Assembly (NCBI RefSeq): GCF_003918875.1
Contig: NW_025767076.1
Location: 682,001 to 746,000 of the forward strand
Length of the DNA stretch: 64,000 nt
From: Haliotis rubra
Lineage: Eukaryota
Reading direction: 5' to 3'
The translations under genes and the position numbers were made by a program. Shown one piece after another: positions 39,051 through 52,564 of the stretch. Position 1 is the stretch's first letter. Every line of letters begins with the position of its first letter. The notes below the pieces were generated by a model, which worked only from the letters and a program-made list of their open reading frames with translations, did no database searches and was not told where the DNA came from.

Positions 39051-41204
39051 TATTGATTGTGGACAGTATCGATATATTTCTGGTCTAAGCTGGACTTCAT
39101 GGATCAGATTGTCAGTCTTTGCAGTAATATGTCTTGATCAATACTCTACTTTGTTATCTCTTATAATCATACAAGTGTCATTATCTTAGTTTGTTATATG
39201 GAGACATGGTCGTTTGTATGGAGAGAGTCTTTGACAAAGGATGTGAAAGCCGTTGGCAGCAGAGATGTGTCATTCTTCATGAAGCCATGACCCCAGTCAG
39301 GTCCTCGCTGTCCTGCGATGATGTGGTGTATGTATTTGGCTTCTACTGCAGGTCTATATTCTGTGGAATCATTCAGCTGGAATCATTCAATGGATGGACC
39401 TGCATCACACACCTCCCTGTCTACCAGGGTGGGGTTCCTTCAAAGGGGGGTGACTCCTGGGTGGGGTCCCTTTTGGGTGGGCTTCCTTCTGGGTGGGGTT
39501 CCTTCAGGGTGGGGTTCTCCTGGATAGGGGGAGAGGAGGGGAGGGTTGTGTGAGGCATTGTTTGTTGACAGTCATTCAGGACACATCTGCTCCTGATCAA
39601 GCCTCACAGGAAAGGTCAAGTCTGTCTCCACGTGAACAGCTAGTGAGGTGGACATACCACAAAGCCCACCTTGTGGATGTGGAGTGAATACACGTGTGTT
39701 GTACAAATAGTTGACATACACTGTACCAGGGATAGTTTCAACCCTTGTGATAGTTCCACATAGAGTCTTGTTGAAGAAGAGCAAGTTGAATATAAACAAT
39801 AATCTCAACATTCAATAATTTATTCAATTGTACAAGTTTTGTTCTTATAATTTTATATGTACTAGTATAAGACTATAATTGACTTGAATGCTACTATCAT
39901 CAATGGTCTGTAGGTTCTCTGTTTCTCTCCAGTCATTGTGTCCCATGCTGCCATCATGTTGTCTGCGTAAGGCTCCAATGAAAAAATGTTTACCAAGTTG
40001 TGTAATATAGGCATAGTTTACAAAAACTAACGAGGTAATCATAGTGTGATACTTTCTCATAATGCTGATGGGACACCCAAGTAGTATGTATCATTCCGTG
40101 ATAAAAAAGTATATCAAATCTTAAGGTGGCTTTCTATAAACTGAAGACTGTAAATGGATAAATTGTGAATTTCTTGCAGATGGCCATTTTGTTATGTATG
40201 ATCTATAACAAGGGGATATATAGTTTGATATTTGTGTTTGTTAACCTATACACACGTGTCCCTTGATACATGGTCTATGATTAGGCTGAGCTAATGGCAC
40301 ATTCCCTGACCATGTTACTTCAAGAGAACTCTGGAGATATTTTTAAACATTTTTGATTCTTTGACTGTCATTTTCAGAGAGTAGTAGAACTTTGGTTCAT
40401 ATGTGAGAATGCCATTGCATTGCACAATTTGACTCTTGCTATACAAGATGCTGTCATAAGGTGATGTTTATGATAGTCCATGTGGACAATTCTGACCTTT
40501 GACTTGTGTCATCTGCCCCACAATGTGACAGAGATTGTATCCTCTCCTCCATAATGTGGACTGACAGAAGGCTATTAACGTGGTGAACAGTGTTTGTAGT
40601 AGGGTTTCAATGGACTTGTAGTCAGCAACCGGAGACTTGTTAGATCAGGAAGGCTTCCTATTACCTGTGGCCATGAATGAACCGATTAGTTGAGCAAGCA
40701 GCCTGATGTCATTAACTGGTAGCTGGTATATATCATGTAAACTCCATAACTTCAACACCTCCTTCATTCAATGCCGTTCCACACCTCTAGAGGTCAAACA
40801 AATATTTACGACAATCATGTGTTGACACAAATTTGAAACTAGCTAGATTGCAAATATATTGCTGGTTTCTTACTGTGCAATTACACATGTTTGGTAATTG
40901 TGATAACTATTTCCTTTAGTTGGGGAAATGCTTAGGCTGGGCTTTTCAGTAAGAGAATTATTTGCTGAGAATGGGAGACTTGACCCGAGCAAGGCTGAAC
41001 ATACAAGCTATTGAGTTTGACATACTTGGTGTTTAACACAGAATGAAAGGAGGTTTGGAAATGTAATAAAGCTGCATTGAAAACAAGTGCCCCATGTTTC
41101 TAAGGTGTTCTAAGCATACTGACTGATTTACAGCTGAAGGCTTGTGTTAACTGGATTGTCATACTGTATTTATGAAGCCTCCGCTCCCATCCAGTGTAGC
41201 TGTG

Positions 41205-41980
41205 GTGTGGGGGCTACTGACAGGGGTGTGATGTGTGGGGCTACTGACAGGGGTTGTGGGGAGAGGGGCTACTGACAGGGGTGTGGGGAGAGGGGGGCTA
41301 CTGACAGGGGTGTGGGGTGGGGCTACTGACAAGGGTGTGTGGGAGAGGGGCTACTGACAGGGGTGTGGTGTGGAGGCTACTGACCGGGGTGTGATGTGTG
41401 GGCTACTGGCAGGGGTGTGGTGAGAGGGGCTACTGACCGGGGTGTGGGGGAGAGGGGCTACTGACAGGGGTGTGGTGTGGATGCTACTGGCGGGTGTGGT
41501 GTGGAGGCTACTGACAGGGGTGTGGGATGGGGCTACTGACAGGGGTGTGGGGAGAGGGGCTACTGACAGGGGTGTGGTGTGGAGGCTACTGACCGGGGTG
41601 TGATGTGTGGGCTACTGGCAGGGGTGTGGTGAGAGGGGCTACTGACCGGGGTGTGGGGAGAGGGGGCTACTGACAGGGGGTGTGGTGTGGATGCTACTGA
41701 CGGGTGTGGTGTGGAGGCTACTGACAGGGGTGTGGGATGGGGCTACTGACAGGGGTGTGGGGAGAGGGGCTACTGACAGGGGTGTGGGGAGAGGGGGCTA
41801 CTGACAGGGGTGTGGGCACTACTGACGGGTGTGTGGGAGAGGGGGCTACTGGACGGGAGTGGGGGCTAGTGACAGGGGTGTGGGGGCTACTGGCGGGTGT
41901 GGGGAGAGGGGGGGCTACTGAAAGGGGTGTGGGGGCTACTGACAGGGGTGTGGGGAGAGGGGGCTACTGACAGGGGTGTG
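41205..41980. repeat. G-rich minisatellite (~28 bp, ggggctactgacaggggtgtggggaga)
   Basis: Direct reading, with dense GGGG runs. Confidence 0.93.
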
Positions 41981-42090
41981 TTCGATTTCCCACATGGGCA
42001 AAATGTGTGAAGCCCATTTCTGGTGTCCTCCGCCGTGATATTGCTGGAATATTGCTAAAAGCGGAGTAAAACCAAACTCACTAACTCACT
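41980..42090 (+). mobile_element. tRNA-derived SINE (family B), truncated at the B-box
   Basis: gttcgatttcccacatggg...gctggaatattgctaaaagcgg...ctcactaactcact. Confidence 0.82.
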
Positions 42091-42132
42091 CCCTCAAGTT
42101 GGCTGGGGAATTGTTGGGTGACTTTAAGTTGA

Positions 42133-42320
42133 CTGGGTAAGGCAGGGGTGGCCACTGTTGGGTAGCTTAAAGTCGACTGGCTAAGGCAGGGGTGGCCACT
42201 GTTGGGTAGCTTAAAGTCGACTGGCTAAGGCAGGGGTGGCCACTGTTGGGTAGATTCAAGATGACATGGTAAGGCAGGGGTGGCTACTGTTGCAGTAAGG
42301 AAGGTGTGGCTACTGTTGAT
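42133..42320. repeat. ~44-bp tandem repeat, 3-4 copies (taaggcaggggtggccactgttgggtagcttaaagtcgactggc)
   Basis: Direct reading. Confidence 0.85.
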
Positions 42321-43709
42321 GAACCTCCCAGTGTGGGACATGTATGGGTTGTGGTGAAGACAATACAGCTTCTACCATCAGGATCCATGTCAGAGTCGGA
42401 AAGCTTCATGTTGTATAGACATAGTTCATACAGAGTAAAACAAAACTGCCAGTCAAATTAATTTTGTACTGTTTTGAAGTTTGTGTTCACCAGACTGTTG
42501 GCTTAAAAAGAAGAGTAATATTTCCTTCAATAATATTGTTTGCCCTGATGGTGGCTGACCTTCAGTGAGAGGGTGGGGGAGAAGTTGCGTCACTCTGTAA
42601 ACACTACTTGCCATCACAGTGGTGGAAACGTAGAAGCCGCATGTGTGTGTCCTGGTAGCTTTGTCAGCATAGCTGGAGTGTCAACACATTTGTCCCTTGT
42701 TTTGGGAGCAGCAACGGAACTCCCATCAGCTGGCAAGCTGTTCCCAGCTGCACTACTTCCAGTGATGCCAGCGTAGCTGTGAGGCTGGAATACTACCTGA
42801 CATTATACATTTCTCTTAGTACCAGCATGGTCAATGGAAGGACAATATTCCTGGACATGTTTCTGATGAAGAGGAGGCTGAAGGATTGAGGGAGATGTTT
42901 AGAGAGATTAACATATCATTCTTTGATGTGGTGGATCTGTGAACCTCTCCCAGGAAAGTCCATTCCGTGCTAAGGAGGTGAACCTGACCAGCTGAGATTG
43001 ACTCCTCTGAACGAGCGTGCTACAAGACTGTGGAGTGTACTGTGAGAGAATGTGTGATCTGTGTCACCTAGCTGTCACCATCTTTACACCAAGTCTCACT
43101 CACATGCCAACAGACAGGTGGAATATACTCGCAGTCGTCCTATATATGCAGCACTTGATTTCTCCTCCACAGGAGTAGTAATCCATTTGATGAATGCCCC
43201 ACCTGACCTGAGTACGTGATCCTTGTGATGACTGCAGGTCGACCTCTCACCCGTTGCACCCTTTGCCAACATTTGCAGTGAGCAACTCACTCCATTCACG
43301 TCACAGTCAGTCATAGCAAGCAAATATCATTGTGAAGTTCTGTACTCTCTGTCACTGATTACACAACCAATACCAGCTTTAATGTGTGCGGTGAATGACA
43401 ATCACACATGACCCTATACTTCACCTAGAGCCTGTATCTGGACGGGAATTTGAGTGGATCGACATGTATGCTATAAGTGATTTGATGGTGTGTATGTTAA
43501 TGGCTGGAGAGAAGTATTTGTTCAGAGGAGGACACCATTCATCATGAGTGAGGGAACTGTACACTGGGCACACAACGTAGGTAATTGGGAGTCTGTAGTT
43601 CCACAGTGTATATGTTGTCCATCCCAGACATGATGTCACTGTGGTGCCACTGAATGGACTTGCGATACTTGTGATACTGTGTGGCTACTGACGGGTATCT
43701 CCCAGGATC

Positions 43710-43761
43710 ATGGCTTCTCTCTCCAGGCAGAAGAGAGGAACCTCAGCTAGAAGTAAGCCTG
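43710..43761 (+). CDS. Candidate alternative first coding exon (MASLSRQKRGTSARSKP+G)
   Basis: ATCATGG start context, 17 codons + 1 nt, strong CTG|GTAAGT donor at 43762. Phase 1 splices in frame to exon 4 (56374). Confidence 0.55.
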
Positions 43762-43844
43762 GTAAGTGCAGTGATGAGGTCGGGATATGTCCTCAGTGTG
43801 TGCATGTTCCCCTGGATACGGAGGCTGGTGCTGCTGACACCACT

Positions 43845-45822
43845 ACAGTATGTGGGTGATGTCTCAGGGATAGACTAGCACTAAGTCTCTGCTACTGTCA
43901 GTATGTGGGTGATGTCTCAGGGATAGACTAGCACTAAGTCTCTGCTACTGTCAGTATGTGGGTGATGTCTCAGGGATAGACTAGCACTAAGTCTCTGCTA
44001 CTGTCAGTATGTGGGTGATGTCTCAGGGATAGACTAGCACTAAGTCTCTGCTACTGTCAGTATGTGGGTGATGTCTCAGGGATAGACTAGCACTAAGTCT
44101 CTGCTACTGTCAGTATGTGGGTGATGTCTCAGGGATAGACTAGCACTAAGTCTCTGCTACTGTCAGTATGTGGGTGATGTCTCAGGGATAGACTAGCACT
44201 TATACTCTCTGCTACTGTCAGTATGTGGGTGATGTCTCAGGGATAGACTAGCACTAAGTCTCTGCTACTGTCAGTATGTGGGTGATGTCTCAGGGATAGA
44301 CTAGCACTAAGTCTCTGCTACTGTCAGTATGTGGGTGATGTCTCAGGGATAGACTAGCACTAAGTCTCTGCTACTACTGTCAGTATGTGGGTGATGTCTC
44401 AGGGATAGACTAGCACTAAGTCTCTGCTACTGTCAGTATGTGGGTGATGTCCTCAGGGATAGACTAGCACTAAGTCTCTGCTACTGTCAGTATGTGGGTG
44501 ATGTCTCAGGGATAGACTAGCACTAAGTCTCTGCTACTGTCAGTATGTGGGTGATGCCTCAGGGATAGACTAGCACTAAGTCTCTGCTACTGTCAGTATG
44601 TGGGTGATGTCTCAGGGATAGACTAGCACTTAGTCTCTGCTACTGTCAGTATGTGGGTGATGTCTCAGGGATAGACTAGCACTAAGTCTCTGCTACTGTC
44701 AGTATGTGGGTGATGTCTCAGGGATAGACTAGCACTAAGTCTCTGCTACTGTCAGTATGTGGGTGATGTCTCAGGGATAGACTAGCACTAAGTCTCTGCT
44801 ACTGTCAGTATGTGGGTGATGTCTCAGGGATAGACTAGCACTTAGTCTCTGCTACTGTCAGTATGTGGGTGATGTCTCAGGGATAGACTAGCACTAAGTC
44901 TCTGCTACTGTCAGTATGTGGGTGGTCTCAGGGATGATAGCACTCTCAGTATGTGATGTCTCAGGGATAGACTAGCACTAAGTCTCTGCTACTGTCAGTA
45001 TGTGGGTGATGTCTCAGGGATAGACTAGCACTAAGTCTGCTGTCAGTACTGACTCACTAAGTATGTCAGTATGTGATGTCTCAGGGATAGACTAGCACTT
45101 AGTCTCTGCTACTGTCAGTATGTGGGTGATGTCTCAGGGATAGACTAGCACTTAGTCTCTGCTACTGTCAGTATGTGGGTGATGTCTCAGGGATAGACTA
45201 GCACTTAGTCTCTGCTACTGTAAGTATGTGGGTGATGTCTCAGGGTTAGACTAGCACTTAGTCTCTGCTACTGTCAGTATGTGGGTGATGTCTCAGGGAT
45301 AGACTAGCACTAGTCTCTGCTACTGTCAGTATGTGGGTGATGTCTCAGGGTTAGACTAGCACTTAGTCTCTGCTACTGTCAGTATGTGGGTGATGTCTCA
45401 GGGATAGACTAGCACTTAGTCTCTGCTACTGTCAGTATGTGGGTGATGTCTCAGGGATAGACTAGCACTTAGTCTCTGCTACTGTCAGTATGTGGGTGAT
45501 GTCTCAGGGATAGACTAGCACTTAGTCTCTGCTACTGTAAGTATGTGGGTGATGTCTCAGGGTTAGACTAGCACTTAGTCTCTGCTACTGTCAGTATGTG
45601 GGTGATGTCTCAGGGATAGACTAGCACTTAGTCTCTGCTACTGTAAGTATGTGGGTGATGTCTCAGGGATAGACTAGCACTTAGTCTCTGCTACTGTCAG
45701 TATGTGGGTGATGTCTCAGGGATAGACTAGCACTTAGTCTCTGCTACTGTAAGTATGTGGGTGATGTCTCAGGGTTAGACTAGCACTTAGTCTCTGCTAC
45801 TGTCAGTATGTGGGTGATGTCA
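43845..45822. repeat. Minisatellite, 53-bp unit (cagtatgtgggtgatgtctcagggatagactagcactwagtctctgctactgt)
   Basis: About 37 copies. Confidence 0.97.
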
Positions 45823-46744
45823 CATCACCCATATCACATGTAGCAAAGCGAACATACCCACAGGTTGTATAGGGACGATATCACATGTAGAAAGGGGAAC
45901 ATACCCACAGGTAGTATAGGGAAGATATCACACATAAAAAAGGGAACATACCGTAAGGTAGCAAGGGTTTGAATAGATGACAAGGGTATGAAAACATTGG
46001 GCAGTGTGTCTATCAGCTGAGATTTACTGCTGTGTGACTTAGACAACAAATCACACGCCTCTGATATGGCTATAGTGATGTGAAGGATACATTATAGTGA
46101 CAAAGAATACGATGTTGAAAGTATGCACTGACCAGTGAAATGGGTGACTTTATCAGGTGTAGTGTGTAACGTATGGGTGAGTGGAGACAATGGCCCTGGG
46201 AGAGATTACACTGTGCCCAGCTCCCTCTTTGCTGGAGAGCTCAGCTAAATTGCCTTAATCTTGTATACAGGTATGATGGAATATCAAAGCGCTATCTTCA
46301 GCTGTCAATCTACCCTGGCTTTGATGGCTTTCAGGCTGAGGCTATGGCCTGTGTCACAGTGTGTGCCTAACATCGGGAGTAACGCTGGGGGCCAGCGGTC
46401 CGCTCACTACAGGTCCCCATAGCTCGTAGCCTGGTCAGAGGGGGAGGAAAACACTGTGTTTAGTGTGGGATGATAGATATATTACTGTAAACTCCCATTT
46501 ACAGCCATGTGCCACTCCTTTACAGATACATTTCTGTACTTGTACAGTCCATCTACAAGAGTATCATCTGTCATGTACTTATGTGTCGCCCACACAACTC
46601 AACCCATGTGTGACATTATCAACACATACACAACATTTCAGGCCATAACCTGCTGCATGCCTGGCTAATTGGCCTCACTTATCAGCCTCACCAATGTCCA
46701 ACATACAGGACTGATTTCCTGTCTGTTACAACAACTACTATGTC

Positions 46745-49700
46745 TTCACAACCCTCACTCTGGATCCACAACCCTTCTACATTGGCTCCACACCACACAC
46801 TCTGACTCTCCACCACTCACTTTGGCTCCACACCGCTCAATGTGGCTCCATGCCCCTTCTACACTGGCTCCACACCACTCACTCTGGCTCCACACCAGTC
46901 ACTCTGGCTCCACACCACTCACTCTGGCTCCACACCACTCACTCTGGCTCCACACCAGTCACTCTGGCTCCACACCAGTCACTCTGGCTCCACACCAGTC
47001 ACTCTGGCTCCACACCAGTCACTCTGGCTCCACACCAGTCACTCTGGCTCCACCACTCACACTCTGGCTCCACAACACTCACTCTGGCTCCACAACACTC
47101 ACTCTGGCTCCACACCAGTCACTCTGGCTCCACACCAGTCACTCTGGCTCCACACCACCACTCTGGCTCCACAACACTCACTCTGGCTCCACAACACTCA
47201 CTCTGGCTCCACACCAGTCACTCTGGCTTCACACCACTCACTCTGGCTCCACAACACTCACTCTGGCTCCACAACACTCACTCTGGCTCCACACCAGTCA
47301 CTCTGGCTCCACACCAGTCACTCTGGCTCCACACCAGTCACTCTGGCTCCACAACACTCACTCTGGCTCCACACCAGTCACTCTGGCTCCACAACACTCA
47401 CTCTGGCTCCACAACACTCACTCTGGCTCCACAACCCTTCTACACTGGCTCCACACCAGTCACTCTGGCTCCACAACACTCACTCTGGCTCCACAACACT
47501 CACTCTGGCTCCACAACCCTTCTACACTGGCTCCACACCAGTCACTCTGGCTCCACAACACTCACTCTTGCTCCACAACCCTTCTACACTGGCTCCACAA
47601 CCCTTCTACACTGGCTCCACACCACCTGGCCTCCACAAATCACTCTGGCTCCACACCAGTCACTCTGGCTCCACACCAGTCACTCTGGCTCCACACCAGT
47701 CACTCTGGCTCCACACCACCAACTCTGGCTCCACACCAGTCACTCTGGCTCCACACCAGTCACTCTGGCTCCACACCAGTCACTCTGGCTCCACACCAGT
47801 CACTCTGCCTCCACACCACCAACTCTGGCTCCACACCAGTCACTCTAGCTCCACAACACTCACTCTGGCTCCACACCAGTCACTCTGGCTCCACAACACT
47901 CACTCTGGCTCCATAACACTCACTCTGGCTCCACAACACTCACTCTGGCTCCACACCAGTCACTCTAGCTCCACACCAGTCACTCTGGCTCCACAACACT
48001 CACTCTGGCTCCACACCAGTCACTCTGGCTCCACAACACTCACTCTGGCTCCACAACACTCACTCTGGCTCCACACCAGTCACTCTGGCTCCACAACACT
48101 CACTCTGGCTCCACAACACTCACTCCGGCTCCACAACACTCACTCTGGCTCCACAACCCTTCTACACTGGCTCCACACCAGTCACTCTGGCTCCACAACA
48201 CTCACTCTTGCTCCACAACCCTTCTACACTGGCTCCACAACCCTTCTACACTGGCTCCACACCAGTCACTCTGGCTCCTCAACACTAACTCTGGCTCCAC
48301 ACCAGTCACTCTGGCTCCACAACACTCACTCTGGCTCCACAACACTCACTCTGGCTCCACACCAGTCACTCTGGCTCCACAACACTCACTCTGGCTCCAC
48401 AACCCTTCTACACTGGCTCCACAACCCTCCTACACTGGCTCCACAACCCTTCTACACACTGGCTCCACAACCCTTCTACACACTGGCTCCACACCAGTCA
48501 CTCTGGCTCCACACCAGTCACTCTAGCTCCACAACACTCACTCTGGCTCCACAACACTCACTCCGGCTCCACAACCCTTTCTACACTGGCTCCACAACCA
48601 GTCACTCTGGCTCCACAAGTCACACTCACTCTGGCTCCACAACACTCACTCTGGCTCCACAACCCTTCTCTACACTGGCTCCACACCCCCTTCCACTGGC
48701 TCACAACCCTCACTCTGGCTCCACAACCCTCTCACTCTGGCTCCACAACACTCACTCTGGCTCCACACCAGTCACTCTGGCTCCACAACCCTTCTACACT
48801 GGCTCCACACCAGTCACTCTGGCTCCACAACCCTCACTCTGGCTCCACACCAGTCACTCTCTGGCTCCACAACAGTCACTCTGGCTCCACAACCTGGCTC
48901 CACACACTGGCTCCACACCAGTCACTCTGGCTCCACAACCCTCCTACACTGGCTCCACACCAGTCACTCTGGCTCCACAACCCTTCTACACTGGCTCCAC
49001 ACCAGTCACTCTGGCTCCACAACCCTCTACACTGGCTCCACACCAGTCACTCTGGCTCCACAACCCTCACTCTGGCTCCACACCAGTCACTCTGGCTCCA
49101 CACCAGTCACTCTGGCTCCACAACCCTTCTACACTCCACAACTTGGCTCCACACCAGTCACTCTGGCTCCACTCCACCCCTCACTCTGGCTCCACACCAG
49201 TCACTCTGGCTCCACACCAGTCACCTCTGGCTCCACACTGGTCACTCTGGCCTCCACAACCCTTCTACATTGGCTCCACAACCCTCCTACACAGGCTCCA
49301 CAACACTGGCTCTACACTGGGCCCACAACCTCTGGCTCACACAGGCTCCACAACCCTCCCACACTGGCTCCACACACCACACTCCTACTCTGGCTCCACA
49401 ACCTCTTCTACACTGGCTCCCACAACCTTCTACACACACAGGCTCCACAACCCTTTCTACACTGGCTCTCCACACCAGTCACTCTGGCTCCACAACCCTT
49501 CTACACTGGCTCCACACCAGTCACTGGCTCCACACCAGTCACTCTGGCTCCACAACAGCTCCACAACACTCACTCTGGCTCCACACAACCCTCCTACACT
49601 GGCTCCACAACAGTCACTCTGGCTCCACAACCCTTTCTACACTGGCTCCACACCAGTCACTCTGGCTCCACACCAGTCACTCTGGCTCCACAACACTGGC

Positions 49701-51025
49701 TCACTCTGGCTCCACACACCAGTCACTCTGGCTCCACAACACTCACTCTGGCTCACAACCCTTTCTACACTGGCTCCACAACCCTTCTACACTGGCTCCA
49801 CACCACACTCTGGCTCCACACCTTCCTCACTCTGGCTCCACACCAGTCACTCTGGCTCCACAACCCTTCTACACTGGCTCCACACCAGTCACTCTGGCTC
49901 CACAACACTCACTCTGGCTCCACAACCCTCCTACACTGGCTCCACAACAGTCACTCTGGCTCCACAACCCTTCTACACTGGCTCCACACCAGTCACTCTG
50001 GCTCCACACCAGTCACTCTGGCTCCACACCACTCACTCTGGCTCCACACCAGTCACTCTGGCTCCACAACACTCACTCCGGCTCCACAACCCTTCTCACT
50101 CTGGCTCCACACCCTCAACTCTGGCTCCACACCAGTCACTCTGGCTCCACAACACTCCTGGCCCACACCAGTCACTCCTGGCTCTACACTGGCTCCACAA
50201 CCCTTCAACACTGGCTCCACACCAGTCACTCTGGCTCCACACCAGTCACTCTGGCTCCACACCAGTCACTCTGGCTCCACAACCAGTCACAACACCTGGC
50301 TCCACACCAGGCTCACTCTGGCTCCACAACCCTTCTACACTGGCTCCACAACAGTCACTCTGGCTCCACACCAGTCACTCTGGCTCCACAACACTCACTC
50401 TGGCTCCACACCAGTCACTCTGGCTCCACAACACTCACTCTGGCTCCACAACACTCACTCTGGCTCCACAACACTCACTCTGGCTCCACAACACTCACTC
50501 TGGCTCCACAACCCTTCTACACTGGCTCCACACCAGTCACTCTGGCTCCACACCAGTCACTCTGGCTCCACAACAGTCACTCTGGCTCCACAACCCTCAC
50601 TCTGGCTCCACAACCCTTCTACTCTGGCTCCACAACCCTGGCTCCACAACCCTCACTCTGGCTCCACAACCCTCACTCTGGCTCCACAACCCTCTACTCT
50701 GGCTCCACACCAGTCACTCTGGCTCCACAACCCTACACTGGCTCACTGGCTCCACAACCCTCACTCTGGCTCCACAACCCTTCTACACTGGCTCCACAAC
50801 CCTCACTCTGGCTCCACAACCCTTCTACACTGGCTCCACACCAGTCACTCTGGCTCCACAACCCTTCTACACTGGCTCCACACCACTCACTCTGGCTCCA
50901 CAACCCTTCTACACTGGCTCCACACCACTCACTCTGGATCCACAACCCTTCTACACTGGCTCCACACCAGTCACTCTGGCTCCACAACCCTTCTACACTG
51001 CCTCTCCACCCCTCACACTGGCTCC
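46745..51025. repeat. Minisatellite, ~20-bp unit (cactctggctccacaccagt and variants)
   Basis: About 200 copies. Source of the spurious 1401-aa ORF. Confidence 0.97.
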
Positions 51026-52436
51026 CATCTTGCCAAGACTGGTATGAGTGAGTGGCAGTTGGTGAACTGTCATCCACCCTTGTGAGCTGGCAGTTTGGTG
51101 TAGGTAGAGCGAGTGTTTGCAGGTGATTATCCCTTGTGTTCAACTGAATGAGGACAACTGAAGGACACAACACAAGCCTGTCCAGACTGTGTACACAGAT
51201 TTGCATTCCTCTAGGGTCAGTATAGGCCACCTTCAAACATGCTACACTTTGATACTAGCTGTCTAGCATGAAGCCTCCTAGGGATGACCTCACTCAGGCA
51301 AATTACAGTCAGCGTAATCTCCTTTCTTTTCTAGGATTGATTCTTTACTATCAGATTGTTTTTTATTTGTAAAGACAATTATACAGATGCACTTCCATTG
51401 TATGTTGAGAGTCCTGCTGTGTTACAAGGGCCTGACCTCTGTAACTGCCTGATGTTGCATCTCTCCTACTGATTATGTTGATGGGGATCACCATCGCTCT
51501 TGCAACCTGACCCCAGCCACCCCTCAGTTGACTGGAGATGTATACCCATGTCCTTTCCATCACACACTTTACAGGGGGCAGGGATCCAGGTAACCCTACA
51601 CCAGGGCTTTTCTGTCCACATAATGAGATGTCTTCAAAGTCAGTAGTAGGTAATGTTGTTCAATTTGGTGGACAATATGGGGCCTACTCTCCCCTATGGG
51701 TGGAATTTACACAGGTAATCAGATCTGTCCACCGGTGTGGATATACAGACCACGGGGAACAAATCCACATTCATAAATCACATATCACAGAACATGGCTT
51801 TGTAAATACAACAAGCAAATACCCACACGGACCCTGGTGGAGTGAGACTGGCTGAAGCATGGCAGGAGTCGTGGCAGGGATATAGGTGTCACATGGGGTC
51901 CACTAACACTTGGGAACAAACCTTGGTGTACTGGGTTTCCATGTAGAATGTAGTATGACATGTTCATGATGGTAGGCTGGGAATACTGCTCCTAAATGCA
52001 GTCACCTAAATATTTAGGGCTTGATTTCTTATACCGTCAGGTGCTTTTGTCCTCAGAATTTCTCACATAAAGGTAGACCCTACATGACACAAAGGTGAAC
52101 AACCATTCATGACATGTAAATCAAGAGATTTCCCTTTCTCTCATTCAATATCTACCTTTCAGTATGTGTGTGTTGTCCCTTTAAAATATTCTGTGAACAA
52201 AATGTTACGTGTTAACCTGTTAAGAAATGTTTTCCTAAGAAGGGCTTGGCTGGCCAGTGGGAGGGACTGTTTTGTTTATTAACCGTGCACTGCTGAAACT
52301 GTTTTCCTTGAAGCAAACAATGTTTCTACCAGCTAAAATGAGCACGTAAACCGTTGTGTAATATATGTATTGGGAAAGCATCTTGCCAACCCCACCCACC
52401 TTCCACTCACCAACCCATGTTCTTACCTATGTACTC

Positions 52437-52564
52437 NNNNNNNNNNNNNNNNNNNNNNNNNNNNNNNNNNNNNNNNNNNNNNNNNNNNNNNNNNNNNNNN
52501 NNNNNNNNNNNNNNNNNNNNNNNNNNNNNNNNNNNNNNNNNNNNNNNNNNNNNNNNNNNNNNNN
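52437..52564. other. Assembly gap (N run)
   Basis: Run of n. Confidence 0.99.

Noticed and set aside
39572-39687. Possible cassette exon (IQDTSAPDQASQERSSLSP)
   Set aside because: Weak acceptor and no convincing phase-1 donor before the stop.
46173-46182. ATG G|GTGAGT, a possible minimal phase-1 first exon
   Set aside because: Phase-compatible with exon 4 but too short to distinguish from chance without transcript data.
46669-51051. 1401-aa, 593-aa and 415-aa His/Thr/Ser-rich ORFs
   Set aside because: Translations of a ~20-bp minisatellite that lacks stops on this strand. All three frames give the same peptide in rotation, and there are no matching splice signals.
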